From: Rhina ancylostomus
Lineage: Eukaryota
Direction: 5' to 3'
DNA length: 64,000 nucleotides
Assembly: GCA_030265395.1 (NCBI GenBank)
Contig: JARFYF010000112.1
Coordinates: 69,139,837-69,203,836 of the forward strand
Numbering within the stretch: position 1 is the stretch's first letter; each line of letters starts with the position of its first letter. The notes under the pieces were generated by a model. It was not told the DNA's origin. It saw nothing but the letters and a program-made list of their open reading frames with translations, and ran no database searches. Positions 14,134 through 28,100 of this stretch are shown here, one piece after another. A program made the position numbers and the translations under genes.

Positions 14134-15939
14134 AGTAAGGACACGTCATTTATTTTAAGAGGTGTTGTTAAAAGCCCCTTTGGTTTTTTAATTCCCAGTG
14201 AACCTTATTGTCTCTTCCCCAAAGTGGACTTTCTTGCAGCTCAACCTATGCAAACAGGTGGGCTCTTCTGGCCCCCATGAACTTTACCAGATATATCTAA
14301 TCCTTCTCCAATCTTATTCTACATAGTATCGCAGCAAAACCAGAGTCATTTTTTCATTGTTAGAGTACAAATATGTACAAGAAAAAAAATATGTACAGAT
14401 ATAAGGCACAACAAACTCTACTGGATGCTATCTCAGTCTGTAACAAACTGGAATTGTATGTTTGGATGGTCATGCTTATTCTTGACCACAACAGAATCCT
14501 GGAAATCTGAGTGGCCAGAAATATGCTTAGAACTGTTTTAAGTTTATCTACAATTGTGCAAGTTTGACCTTCTTTGCCCGCCAATATTTTACTCATTTAC
14601 AGAGGGAGGTGAGTTTATGCCTGTCAGGGCCAAAGGAAGACAACTTTTTCAGGAAATCTGTGTGACCTAGATTGGATAGCTCAGGAAACAGAAGGTTCGT
14701 TTCTCTACAGCGAAAGCATCCATCGGAAGTCAACCCAAACTAAACAGTTCCTCTTGATACATCAGGAAATTCCAATAGGAATTCATACGTGTGTAAATTT
14801 GCATTTACGTAGAACATTGACAAATTTCCAGTTAATTTTAAACTATACAGTCGGCATTTCCTCATGGATTTGAGGAGTTAGAGTGGATTGTAAGTTTGCC
14901 ACAATAAAAATTGAGAAAAAAAAATTAAATAAAATGTTGGTTTTACTCTATTTTATGCCTAAGCAGTTTTATCTTCTCACAAACCAGATAGTTTACTGTC
15001 AGTAGATGGGGTGAGGCAGTAGTGACTGGTGATTGGCGAGCTAATCAATGGTAAGAGTTCTGATTTCANNNNNNNNNNTCAACTGAATTCAAGCCCCTGC
15101 TCCTACAGGAGACTGTGACACAAATATAGCCCTTTAGTCTCCTCAGCCCCTGAAGCCAAGTCATCCATAGTTACCACCTTTGTTGTTCAGCAACCTCCTA
15201 GGGCTAGCTTCTAAAGAAACTTCTGTTGTTTCTGAATAATAAACATTCTAAAATTATACAGGCGCAATATTGTGGATGTTTGAGATCCTATTCTTTCAAT
15301 CAATGGACATCAGGGCTGATTGTTGGTATGAGGTGCAGTTTCTGGAGATTGGGTTCCAGCCTAGGGACAGCTGGATGAGAGTGGAGCGCGTGAGAAATCA
15401 TGGCTGGAATTTTATTGTTTGTTGTGTTGTTGACTAAAATTCATCAAAAGCTAAGTTCTGAGACATAAAAGTAAATGAGAAGCATCGGTTCACTTAGAAC
15501 TCACAGGAAGCCAGCTGCATTGGTGTGTTAAAGCCAGGTTCACTTCTCATTCATTTGGTTTTTGCTAGCTGGGCAGGGTTAAAATCCTTTATGGTCTTAT
15601 GACTGAGTTATATTATAAATTACAAGACATCCCACTCAAAGACCAGGCTGTCTGTTTCAAACCAGATGGGTGGCAATCCTGCTCCATCATGGGATTACTC
15701 ACCTTAGTGGATTTCTCAGCTTTGCCTTATGTTGAAGGGAGGTGGTGAAGTGTGCAATTGGAGCAAGAAGACTGATCAGATGCTTCCCACAGGTAAAGTG
15801 GGAGAATACTTTATTATAGTTTTGTACATTGGTCAGCTATCAGTTGGAAGAGAAGGAGAGGGATCAATATAGCTGTGCATGCTATCACTCTGAATGGGGG
15901 GGGAGCAGAGGGAGGAAGGGAAATTAAATGTTTGAATAT

Positions 15940-16219
15940 ACCATATTGATGACTATTCAGAGAAGGAGGAGATGAGAAGTGGAGCCCACAAGTATCGGCA
16001 TGAGGATCACAGTTGTTCATAACTATTAACAATTTAGTGCTAGTAATACAGAATTAATTTCAAACTACTTTAGGAGTTCCTGTGTCGCTGGCTTAGATGT
16101 ACTAGCATGGGATCTATAGTCATATACCTGGCAAGACCAGATATGACATACTAACCAGCAACAAAGTGTTGACTACAAGGATCTCCAAAGTGTTAAAGAC
16201 CAAGCCCTTATGTCTTGGT
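15940..16219 (+). repeat. Diverged direct repeat, copy 2 (partner 13851-14133)
   Basis: See copy 1. Confidence 0.8.
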
Positions 16220-18554
16220 GAATGAGGAGGATATGGGTCAAACAAGGGCAACTGGGACACCTTGGTCAGCATGGACCTGTTGGGCAGAAGGGCCTGTATC
16301 TGCGCTCTATGATGGCACGATCTATTGATTTAAGTATGGGAGAGTTTGTCCTATTTCCCTCCCGACTTATTTTTCTGTGAGGATGTGATTTTCTCGTCAG
16401 TGGTATCTCTTAATGACTGACAAAAGGTAGACTTCTTTGCAGCCAGTAAGTGTTAGCCAGAAAACTTGGCCAGAGAGAGTTACAGAGGGAGGTGGAAAGC
16501 TGCAATGTGATAGCTGGAGTTCTAAATTCCAGGCAGATGAGCTGTTAGTGCATGACTATAGGAAAGTAGTTGACGGTAATCTATTTCTTCCCCTTCTCCT
16601 TGTTTTGGCTTTTCTTCCTTGCACTTTCCCTACTATGAATGCCTGGATATGACCCTCATCCTAGAGTTCAGTAAACAATACTATTTACTTTTGGAACAGA
16701 TGTCAGGAAATTCTTCCTCACACAGAATGTTTTAAGGTACACAGCCTTGAATCATTTAAGGAACAAATGGATGTCTCAATGTGGGGACTGGGCACTGGGA
16801 TCTTGTTGAATGGTAAATCAGATGTGCTGATTGAGGTCTCTCATGCCTGTTACCTAGTAATCTTTTGGAGTACTTATATCTTGGGTGTTGACTACTGCTT
16901 AGATTATGACAATGACTGTAAACCATTACTAAAACATTAATAGAAACCATGATAGGAACTGTGATATTTGTTGGGAACTTCCAGTCCTTTAGCTCCATCG
17001 TGACTGAGGGACTACAATCCTGCCAGACAGATGTGAAATATTGTCTGTCTTTCCTGCTGCTTATTTTTAGGCTTGTGCCCTTCTCCGAACCAACCCTTTT
17101 TAGCTTACGTTTCTTTTAGCAAACCAGGAAACAAATTAGTTTGAGATTTTTAAATTGCTGACACAGATGAAGGAAACAGCAGAATCCAGCATCCAAGTTG
17201 TGCTAAACCATTTTTTTCAAACCTTTATAGACTTTGATGCCAGTGGATTACTCAACCAGATATTTTCTGATAATGACCTGTTATCAACTCTCTATCTCTG
17301 CTGGGCTTTTCTCAGACTCCTGACATTTACAATCAATCAATGATATTAATTCAATGCAATATGCATAACATATACAATCAAAATTCAGTCTCTGGGCTGT
17401 AAAGTAGTCAAAGATGATGTCAGGGAATATATAAAACTGAATGAATGTTATAAAAATAATTCAGGTTTATGGTAAAGTATTATATGGAATTTCTGTTAGA
17501 GTAAGAAGCACCCACATTGAATTTAACCTCCATTGTTAGTACGCTGTTTAATAATTATTTGTATGCTGTCCAATGCAATCAATGGAAGGTAAAAAGGGCA
17601 TAAAAATGTGTGAATCAATCACTGGTTCACTACCAGAGGACAATGGACTCCTAATTCTCCTATATTAATGCCCTTCTCTACATTGCAGCAACTCTTGCCT
17701 TTTAAAGTAATTTAAGCTTCCTTCGGCATCAGCCAATGTCACTCAGGATCAATGCACCCTAGTTTTCAGACAATTCCCATTAAACTAAGCCTGTGTACAT
17801 CAGCTCCCTTCTTCAAATGCACCATTGAAGCATAGAGTACTACCCTCATGGGCAACAGGGGCCAGTCAGCCTTTCGATCATCCAGCAAGCTGGTTTGGCA
17901 GTCTATCAGCACAGAGCCATTTCAAACCCAACCTCCTCATGCTGGATGTAGTCTAACTATGCTTCATGAAAAGCCAGTTCCACAACATGAGAAAGGGAGA
18001 ATCAAAGAAACTCAGAATGTGGGAGCTGGAAAGGCAAGTTCCTCAGACAAAATCATGAAAAAAATTCAAAAGCTCTAATTGGTCTCTAAAGCACAATTTA
18101 AATTTCAAGTCAACCACTGGCTCAGAACCTCAGAGCCTATGTTAACAAAAGCTACTACAACATTTTTCTGTCCCCAGGGTAGGGTGACATTTGCGTGTAG
18201 CTCCCACTACCGATGGAAAGTATACACATGAGCCTCATCTTTTCTCACCCATTATCTCCATAAATGACAACATTTCTCTCCCAGTAATATAAACTGAGAT
18301 TTTAAAATAATCTATAATGCCAGAAAATTTATCTTGCATGCCAAATGTAGACTTTTTTTTAAATATATGAAGAACAGGATTGCACCATCTACTCTTTTAT
18401 CTGGTTCCTTCCCATCATCCACGGACCCATGCAGTGTTTGTAAGTGCTACTAAGTGAAGCAACAATTCCCCTGTATTTTTCCAGTTGTGCATTGTTTCTA
18501 GTGTATTGAATTTAGTGTCCACAATGTTATCTCCATGACATTGGAGAAAACAAA

Positions 18555-19142
18555 ATTAAAAGCACAGAAGTTGTAAACACTCAGCAGGTCAGACAGATCT
18601 GTGGAAAGAGAAATAGAATTAACATTTCAGGTCAAAGAGTTTGGGTGACCATATTTGCAAAACACTTCTATTTAGTCTTCAAGGGTAACCCTGAGCATTC
18701 AGTTGCCTGTCACTTTAATTCTCCTCCTACTTCCACTCTGATCTATCTGTCTGTGGCATACACCATTCCAACAAAGCTCAATTAAGTTTCTGTCTAGGTA
18801 CGTTGAAGCCTTTGGGACTTGATATTGAATTCAACCACTTCAAATAACTTGCTTTTTGCATTAGTATAAGAATTGGCTAGTTGTGCCACAAGATTATCCA
18901 TGTGTAATATTAACTCATTTTATCTCTTTCCACAGACAAGACCTGATTTGCTGGGTATTTCCAGCATTCTCATTTGCTCCACAGGTTTCCATGTCTCTTT
19001 GTTTTCTCGCCCTCTCTAACTCCCTTCATTAGTTTCTCAGTTGTGATGAAATTCTTCAACCTGAAACATTAAATCTGTTTCTTTTTCCACTAATGCTGCC
19101 TGACCTGCTGGGCTTTTCCAACATTTTCTGTTTTTATTTTAA
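18555..19142 (+). mobile_element. Penelope-like element remnant: inverted terminal copy, GIY-YIG C-terminal coding remnant, two direct terminal copies
   Basis: 18700-18848 reads VACHFNSPPTSTLI...LGTLKP.GL.IEFNHFK*, resembling the PLE endonuclease end. Flanked by a minus-orientation terminus (18555-18640) and plus-orientation termini (18900-18975, 19035-19142). Confidence 0.65.
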
Positions 19143-20611
19143 GCAGCAGGCTTGCAAGAGAAAGCAGCCACCTTATATTCGATAAGTCCTAGAACATCTG
19201 ATGTGTAGATTTTTATATTTGTACAAAATTCTGCACAAACCTAAGAGTGATGTGTATTGTCAATATTTTTCAAAAGGTGATTTTAGTGCTGTCTGCAAAT
19301 TGGCGAGGAAATTTGTCCTCTTTTATAGTTGCTGGATGCATGATGTAGTAACAAACGTACATTGAACTCTACAAATTCAATTCCATTGACTTGGTTCTTT
19401 AGTTTTTGTCCAGGTAATGTCATGTCTGTTGTTAAACCATGTAATTTAGATAAAACGTTGACCTCTAATGTGGCTGTCAACTCAGAGTACTATATCAACC
19501 CTGGCACAGAGCGACATGGCAAATAACGTCAGATTAGTCAGAGTTCTTTGTGATAAAAATAGCAGCTATCTTTCTTTTTTACAAGATGAGATGATCAGCC
19601 TTTATCGTTTGATCATCATCAGTGTAACTGTTCCCATTAGTTACACTAAACACAGGGGCATGGGAACAGGAACATGTCACTTGATCAACCAAGACATGTA
19701 CAATGCTTTGTTGAACCAAGCACATTGGTTTGATCAATTTACTTGGAAGCAATCATATTAGAGGTGGGGGTGAAAGGAATAAGAAGAGGATGCACAGGGC
19801 AGACTGAAAAGGAAATCACCGTTGTGTCCCTTGTGGCACCTGCGTTCACAGAGATACTGATGGAGTGCCATGTCCCTTTGTCTCCTCAGCCTATAGATGG
19901 GAAAGGGAGTAGATAAAAAGATTTAGGTTTAACCTACACAAAAATCCAGCTGGTTGAAATGATATTGCCATTAATGTTTAGCAATGCCTTGTGCGTAATT
20001 TATTGTAAGCACATATTCTTTGTGTCAGCGAATGCAGTTTTCTGCATTTCTGATGTGCTGGTGGTTTCTGTGAATGCAGTAACTGTACTGACAGCTGTCT
20101 CCAGTAATAAATTCAATAGGCCTTTTATGAAAGGGAGACAGTAATCTTGCTAAGGAATACGGCAAGAGACGGTTACATAACTGTGCTTTGGCCAGACTAT
20201 CATAGGCTCTGACTTTATTCCCTCTTATTTTCTTTTTTTTCATTTTTTTGAAAGTGCCCATTCATTATAACACCTTTTTAACCATTTCATCATCACATGT
20301 GATCTAAGTCATATGTTTCCCTTTTTCCTAGCTTGAGGGGAATTGAAGCAAATTATGTCAGAACAGATATCTCAGTGCAGGAATTGATTGGGCTGGTGCC
20401 AGTCCTATTTGAATGGATAATTCCAGATTGCCAATTTAGGCAATGAGCCATTTGGGGAAGTTTTGTAGAATACCTTTGCCCTCCACACCTTTTGTTTTAT
20501 TCTCTTGATAATGCAAATAACAAACCTACTTTCTGCATCTGTTAAGGAAAGAGGTTCAGAATATCTCTGGGTCAGTTTACCACAATGGTATAACATACAG
20601 CTGTACATTTC

Positions 20612-20900
20612 AGTACAGTGGTGCAGCTATTAGAACTGCTGCTTCACAGCTCCAGCAACCCAGGTTCAATCCCAACCTTCAGATGCTGTCTGTGTGGAGT
20701 TTGTATGTGGCCAAATGGGTGTCCTGGTTTCCTCCCATATCCCAAAGCTGTTCAATTTTAAATTGGCAATTTTAAATTGTCCAAGAGTGTAGGTGAGTGG
20801 TAGAATCTGACAGAAGTTCATGGGAATGTGGGAAGAGTAGATTAAAGGAAAATTTGATGGAAATGGTGTTGTTCTAAGAGCTGACAGAGATCTGAAGGAC
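20612..20900 (+). mobile_element. tRNA-derived SINE (HE1/V-SINE-like)
   Basis: A-box-like tggtgcagctattaga, B-box ggttcaatccc (20663-20673), central tgtctgtgtggagtttg...ggtttcctcccatatcccaaag domain. Confidence 0.75.
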
Positions 20901-21139
20901 AGTTGTAAGGAAATACAGAAATATATGAACAGACCAAGAATTACCCAGGTGATGTTAACAAGCTCTTAATTTGAATACTTCTATTCAAAACAAACAGATA
21001 AAATCTCAGCTATAAAATTGAAATGGAGCGTTAAGTCTGNNNNNNNNNNNNNTGTGGACAGTGAAATTGTCTCAGCTGACCACATCTGCAGCAAATATGC
21101 ATTCTTTGCCATACCAACTAAGTGTTTGACTTGCACAGA

Positions 21140-22900
21140 AAAGAAAGGCTTTGGTCACCAGGTATTCGATAATTAGGGAGTGGGTAATGTTCTCTACAGT
21201 GTGACTGAGAGTCTCGAATGGTGAGATGCCTGCCAGGTGCACTGTCATCTGGATAACTACAAATAAGGAAAATGGAGTAGGTCTTATTAAAGGAATATCA
21301 GGATTTAGAAATAAATAGTTAAAACAAGATTACCAAGATTACCACACAAGCCATGTGCTAATTACCATAGTTAGATCCGGCTTGACTGCTGTGGGAAGAA
21401 GAGGTTTCATTTCATGGGAGAATGACCAGTCCAGGGACAGGAAATAGCTGTACCACTTGGAAAGACTCCACTTGAATTGAATTGGGATCAGTCTCCTAGT
21501 GGAAAGATAAATTAGGCTGTGTGTGGGATATTAAACTGGTAAGAAACTGAGAAAGGACCCGAGAAAAATAACACTAGCTGGAAGATAAATGAAATAGGAG
21601 ATGACTGTAAAGGTCACAACAAGCTAAAGAATAAGGGTAGCAAACGGTTAAGGAAAAAACACTGCAATAGATACAATTTCAAATTAACTCAAATATAAAG
21701 GTGAAGACAGCAACAAAAACAAACTAAACAGTTTAACAATATTGTGCAAAGCATCTGAAATAAAACTGAGGGACTGCAGCAATAATTTGTAATGAGGAGG
21801 TGGAACTAACTGGGATAATTGAAATATGGATACATAAAGAATCAGTTAAATATCGCTGGATAAAATGTCTTCCAATAGAATAGGAAAAGAAAGGGGTGGC
21901 TGAGGTCGCTGTGCTAGTTAGAAACCATTAATAGAAATAGAACAAAAGAAGGTAACTAAGATCAAGACAGAAACAGGGTTGGGTATGTTTATGGGGTATT
22001 CTTCAGACCTCCTAACACTGGAAGAGAGGTGGAGGAGGAAATCTAAGGAATGAGTAATTTAAAACAAGCTATAATCAAGAAAAAAAGCAATTACCCTTAA
22101 AATAAATTGACAGGACATGACAGAAAAAAGAAAAAAAAAAGCACAGAGCTTTAATGCTGTGCACTGGGATTCAAAAAGAAGGGAATCACTGCTACATACA
22201 GTGATGGGAAATAAGTCAGAACGGATATAAAAGTGTTGGAGGTGGGAGGCACGGAGGGAGGGATTATGTTTGCAACACCAAGATAACATTGAACAGAACA
22301 GAATAAAGTATAAAGCTTAAAAAGACAGGTGAAGTTCAAAGCAACACATGGGGGAAAGGTAGCTATGAGAGGATAAAAATGGAACTTGGAAAGGTAAACT
22401 GGTAATTCTTCTGACATGCTCATGAGTAAAGACAGAGAAATGGCAAAAATATTGAAAGGTTAATTTGCCTCAATGTTTACTAGGGATAATGACCAAGTGA
22501 CTGCAACAACAGAAGGAGAGATTAATAATAGGCATTTAAAATAAACGATCAGATCTTAGAAAGGATTAGACCCTTAGTCCGCATAAATTGCATACTAGTA
22601 TATTAAGAAGCACAGCAAAAGAGATCTGACGTAGTATAGAAAAAAAGATACAAGGTCAAAGAAACAGAATAGTTAAGTCTGTCCCTTTATTTAAAAAGAA
22701 TGATCAAACAACTCCAGGGAACCAGACACCAGCTAGTTTAGAGTAACAGTAAAACATCTAGAAATCAAAACTTGGATAAAGAATAGACAGCCTGAATTTT
22801 AATAGAGAAGGCTGTGCTTGATCAACCTCACTGAAATTTTTTGAAATATAAACAAGAATGATGCATTTAGTATTATGTACTAGACTAATGACTGTGCTTG
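21140..22900 (+). mobile_element. Highly decayed CR1 LINE: ORF1 esterase remnant, APE endonuclease and RT remnants
   Basis: ESRMVRCLPGA (~21209-21241) and ERLHLN (~21460) resemble CR1 ORF1 SGNH-like motifs; GIIEIW, QLNIAG and EVAVLVR resemble endonuclease motifs; ccctttatttaaaaag...ccaggga and CLINL.E resemble the RT N-terminal region. Many stops and indels. Confidence 0.65.
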
Positions 22901-23224
22901 CAGTGTCTAGGCCTAAGTAGCTGAGTGGACTAGAGACTGAAAGCAGCTTACGAGATCAGAAAAAGATGAGAACGCAGCTGGGAGTACAGTCCACCATTAA
23001 CATTAATGTTATGAATTTGAGAAACGGAAGTACCATTTGAAAATCTGTGAAAGACTCTAAATTGGGAGGTGCAGTTAATGGGAAGGAAGAATGCAAATGC
23101 AAGAGTGTAATAGGAAGAAAGGTTTTCACGTAGATTACTGCAAAATGGTAAAAATGGGATTTGACAAAGATCACTAAACCCAGTATTGTGAGTTATTAAG
23201 ACAAACTGAGCAATTCTCCTCCAT

Positions 23225-23470
23225 AACATATAGGAGGAGAATTAGGCCATTCTGCCCATTGAGTCTGCTCTACCATTCAATCATAGCTGATTATTTTTTT
23301 CTTTTCTCAACCCCATTCTCCCACCTTCTCTCTGTAACCATTAATCCCCTTACCAATCCAGAATGTATCACTCTCTCCCTTACATACACCTAATGATTTG
23401 GCCTCCACAGCCTTCTGTGGCAATGAGTTCCACAGATTCACCACCCTCTGGCTGAAGAAATTCCTCCTCA
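23225..23470 (-). mobile_element. CR1 LINE 3' end fragment
   Basis: Reverse complement of gaggaggaatttcttcagccagagggtggtgaatctgtggaactcattgccacagaaggctgtggaggcc (RNFFSQRVVNLWNSLPQKAVEA) plus 3' UTR. Confidence 0.8.
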
Positions 23471-23639
23471 CTAGGATTTCTGGGGTTCATTTCAATGAGA
23501 CTGAGAATTGAAAAGCAAAGAAATTATATTAAAATTGTAGAGCAACTTGGGATATTCTGGATTTTGAGGACTGCTCACAGTTTTGGACTCATACTTAAAA
23601 TAAAAAGCTCTTTGTCATTTAGGCAGTCCCTTAAGATTG

Positions 23640-23900
23640 TGACTAGCCTACTTCCACTCCAGTTCTGAGGTGGCTGATATGGCCAATGAGGGATTCGTTG
23701 ATTCTGCCATAGATGGGATGCTTGATGAGGTGGCTAGTACTTGACATGGTGTACTCCTTCCATCATTTATCCTTGGCTTTTGTGTGCTCCTGACAAATGA
23801 GTTTGAGGTTCTCCGTGCCATCCTGAATACTCCTTCTCTAATCTGAATAGTTGTGGGCCAGGGATTCCCATAAGTGAGTGGGAATGTTACAGTTTTCCCA
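23640..23900 (-). mobile_element. RTE LINE 3' fragment (degenerate)
   Basis: ggccagggattccca, ggcttttgtgtg and ctgatatggccaatg resemble the other RTE tails in this window. Confidence 0.45.
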
Positions 23901-24149
23901 GAAGAATATATAGGTACTGATACATGCATGTCTAAGATTCAGAAATATGACAATAGAAGTGAGATGTAATGACTATTTTAAAAATCTAAAGAGGCAAAGG
24001 GGATTCCTTTAATGATAAAGTGTAGATTGGAGGATAACCCAATGCACATACCTGGATTGGGAGAGTGAATGAAGAACTTGGATAGGCCGGAAATGAAGAA
24101 AGTGATTCTGTTTGTGGACAAGACTAAAATTGGGAGTTATATTTATTAA

Positions 24150-25170
24150 GAGTCATTAATTGGACAAATAGGGAAGTCAACTCCTTGAGCCTGTTCTTAA
24201 TTCTGCACTCCACCTGCCCACTGTAACCTTTCACCACCTTGCTTATCAAGAATGTATCTCCCTCTGCCTTAAAGACTCTTTGAGCATCAAAGTTCCAAAG
24301 ACAAATGACCTTCTGGGAGAAACAAAAGCATTGCCTGATCTCTGTCTTAATTGGGCAACTTCTTATTTTCAAATAGTAACCCCTATTTTTAGATTCACTT
24401 GCAAAAGAAAACAGCTTCTTCACATCCATCCCATCAAAACCTCCCTCTTGTTTATTTCATTTAAGTCCTTTCACACTCTTCCAAACTTCAGTAAATGCAA
24501 GACTAGCTTTTCAATCCAATCTTTTCCATAATGGTTGAAAGTAGCTTATGAAATCAGAAAAAGATGAGAACACAGTGAGCGTGCTATAGCTACTGTCTAC
24601 CATTTACATTAATGTCATGGAAGAGCCTGGTAAAGCTTCTCTGAATTTCTTCCAATGTATTAACATTCTTCTTTCAAGCAGGAGACCATTGGTGTACATA
24701 ATAATCCAGTGGTCACAATGTGGTCTCATCAATGCCTGTACAACTGAAGCATAACCTTCTGACTTTGGATTGCAATAAAGAATAACATGTGTTAGCTTTC
24801 CCAATTACCTACTGTACCTGCGTATTAGCATTATGCAGACCATGGACTAAGACATTCAGATGTCCTGCTGTGGTCTCCTTGTTTCTTCTTTCACAATTTA
24901 CTTTCCTGCCTACTTTGTGTCATTAGCAAAGTTAGCAACCATTCCTCAGGATCTTGATTCAAATCATTTATATAAATTGTAAAACACTGAGACCACAGGA
25001 CTGTTTCTTGTAGCATGCCATTCATTACATCTTGCCAACTGGAGAAATCCCTTCTTATGCCTCGCCTGTTTTCTATTAGCCAGCCAATCTTCTATCCATG
25101 CCAAAATGTTACCTCCAATGAGCTTTTGTTTTCTTCAATAACCTTTGATGTGTCACGTTATCAAATGCCA
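24150..25170 (-). mobile_element. Decayed CR1 LINE RT/3' fragments
   Basis: FSQKVICLWN, RGYYLKIR and VQALMRPH segments in ORFs 24124 and 24604. Confidence 0.6.
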
Positions 25171-28100
25171 CGCATGTTACATGGAACCTGCTACCACAAG
25201 TTACAGTTGAGCTGAATAGCATGAATGCATTTAAGGGAAAGATAGATAAGTACTTGGAGAGCAATGAATACAATCAGAATCAGGTTTATTATCACTGACG
25301 TATGTCATGAAATTTCTTGTTCCACAAATGGAAGGAAGGCAGGTGGAGAGCTATGAGTATTAACCATTGACATAATCCAGCAGGGCCAAATGACATGTGC
25401 TATAAACACAACTAATACAGTGAAAGCTAAATTTTCTATTCATTGACTTCACTTATAAACATGGTAAATTTTGTGTGGTACTGCTCGGTGTATTTCTTGT
25501 CTACAGTGATATGATGGCAATTAAAACTGCATAAAATAAAAATAACTCATTAACTCATGCAGGTACAGTTAGTACCTTCATCTAGAAGTTGAAGTTTACT
25601 TCAAGAGAGGGAACCCTGGTAACCCTGCTGGCTTCAGCACCTCTTCCACTGCAGAGCTTTAAAATTGAATGTTCTTTACAAAATTAAGAATGAAAAGGAT
25701 AAATGAACTTAATAAGATGGTGTTCCTACACAAATGGCACCAATGACCAACAGCAGAGCAAATCTTCCTCCTATGGCCATGAGGAGAGCCACAGGCATTC
25801 ACCCATTCAAATGGAAGCAAATCCCTAATGCAGGTCTTCTGTAAACCCAAGGCCTACTGAATGACAGATGGCTCCACATCTGTTACCATGCTTTGTTGCT
25901 GAACTAGAGTTAACATTACACTGGGGAATCACCCCTGTGATCCTTCTCCAGGTCAGATCCAGAGTGGCACTGGAGATCCCATTCATTTCATTAGGTATAT
26001 TTAGCCCATGGATTAAGTGAAGGGTAAGGCAAGTTAATTTATTTTTAAGCTACCTTACTTTGGTTTTATATTGTAACAGAAGGCTGGGGTCTGCTGTCAG
26101 CTCAGCCTTCTGTCAAAATCTGTCAGGGCACTCTGGGGCAGGGCATCAGCAGTCGTCTGCCTGAACCGAGTCACCACTGAGACCTAACCCCTCAACTCCA
26201 GGGTGCAGAGTTCAGTAAAATCAACTCTCTGTATCTGGGCTGAGTCAGTCTGGACAGATGGTGACTCTAGATAGCAGGCTGGGTACAGGAAGATCTGGTG
26301 GTTGCCTCCTTTGTCAGAGTTGGGAATTCCTCTGTTCCAAGAATATATCTCCTCACCATTCCCTTTCAAAATAAACTTCACATTATGGCTGCTGCAACTT
26401 CTAAAATAAAATTTTAGTAATACTTTCAGGTAATCTCTGACCTTTCATGGGTATTCATACCTTTACAATGGGTAGCCCATTACTTAAATTATTGTAGAAC
26501 AAACAATGTACTGACAATAAGCAGCTGCTGCAGGTGCATTTCTGTCTCTGGATGTTATGCCAATAAGAAAGCAGAAAATGCACAAATACTAGCAGGTCAG
26601 GCAGCATCAGAGGGAGCGATGGGGTATATGACCCTCCACCAGAATAGGAAGATGTTAGAAGGCTTTCCAGCTTTTAAATGTAGATGCAGGGAAAATTATG
26701 TGTCTCATGATTGGAGATGTGGGTTGGGAGGTGGGTAAGGTGAGGACAAACAGGAAGGTCTTTGATAAAAAGAGGGATGGAGATGATTAAGTGACAAAAG
26801 ATTATAATGCAAGGCAAAAGGTGGTGAGAATGGCAAAAGATTATTCTGTTCCAAAAGCCCTCTCCTTCCAATTCGGCACATAATATGCATTGTGCTAGAT
26901 GAAACCCAAATTGCTGCTATTACACAAATACATTGCACTGTGTCATACATGGTTTAGTTCATTAAAACTGCAGGAGGGAAATGTTTGCCGCTAGATGCAA
27001 TCAATAACACAATGATGTGATTCGACTTTGCACTGCTGGAAGCAAACATCAGATATCCAATGTGGCCATTCCCCATGTCAATCACATCCATACAAACAGT
27101 AAGGCTGAAACATTACCTTCCTTGAGGTGACCAGCAACAATGATCCCTATCATCAGAGTCACAAGAATCTGAACAATAAGTCACTCATTAGTGAGCACCA
27201 TGGTTCAAATGGGTGGTATATAATTTTAGGAGGATTTTAATATAGTAACTTCAAGTTTAAAAGACCAGAGTCTTCGCACAAAAATTCTTGGGAGCAGGCA
27301 AGGGAAAAAAAGATCATGTCAGCAGAGATATTTGCCTTTTCCATCACTGTGACATTATGGTCTGGTGACATATGATAAGTAGCTTTTGATTGATACTAAG
27401 ATACCACACAGAAAGCTAAATGAAATGGACAGGAAACAATTCTGCCTGAGGTACTAATTTTGTTTTGGAACTACCACAAAAGCAAAAAGAACATGGGCAT
27501 GTATGGTAATAAAGATCTTTCTGTCAATACTAATAATAATAAGCTTGTTTATGTAAAGCAGTTTTCCCACAAACCCAAAATTACGGCTTCTCAAAAACCA
27601 TACATTAAATAAAGTGATTGAAGATGTTTGATGATGGATTACATTACTAGAGTGTCTAGACTTCAATAGTGTTCATTGGTTCATTGGTTATAAAGTGCTT
27701 TTGGGCTTTCTTAGGCTCTAAAAGCTGCTATATAAATGCAAGTTCCTTTTGCTCAAATATTTATCCTTTTAATGTTATTGTAAACTCAGATTATTTTGCC
27801 AGGCTGTTAATGCTATAACAAATTGGAATGTCTCAGCCCATCAGAAACCATTTCTGGGACTGAATGGGTCAATCAATTAAAACAGTGTCCTTTCATCTCT
27901 AAGATATGGCTCCAGTCCAGACCAGAATAATGGGATGAAAGTCTTTGACCTTTGCGTGACTGCTAAGGTTCCAAATGTAACACATCTGGACAGTCGAGAC
28001 ATAGATTCTAATCAGCATGAAGCTCACAACATGAAAGTCCTTACTATGCAGCATAAATGGAGATGGTGTGGCAAATGGAACTGTCACACAGTGGCAGCAA

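Noticed and set aside
20612-20685. tRNA-like A and B boxes
   Set aside because: Head of a SINE; no intact cloverleaf, and it continues into the SINE central domain.
26076-26113. Perfect 11-bp inverted repeat acagaaggctg/cagccttctgt
   Set aside because: Too short for a pre-miRNA and an isolated case; could be chance in 64 kb.
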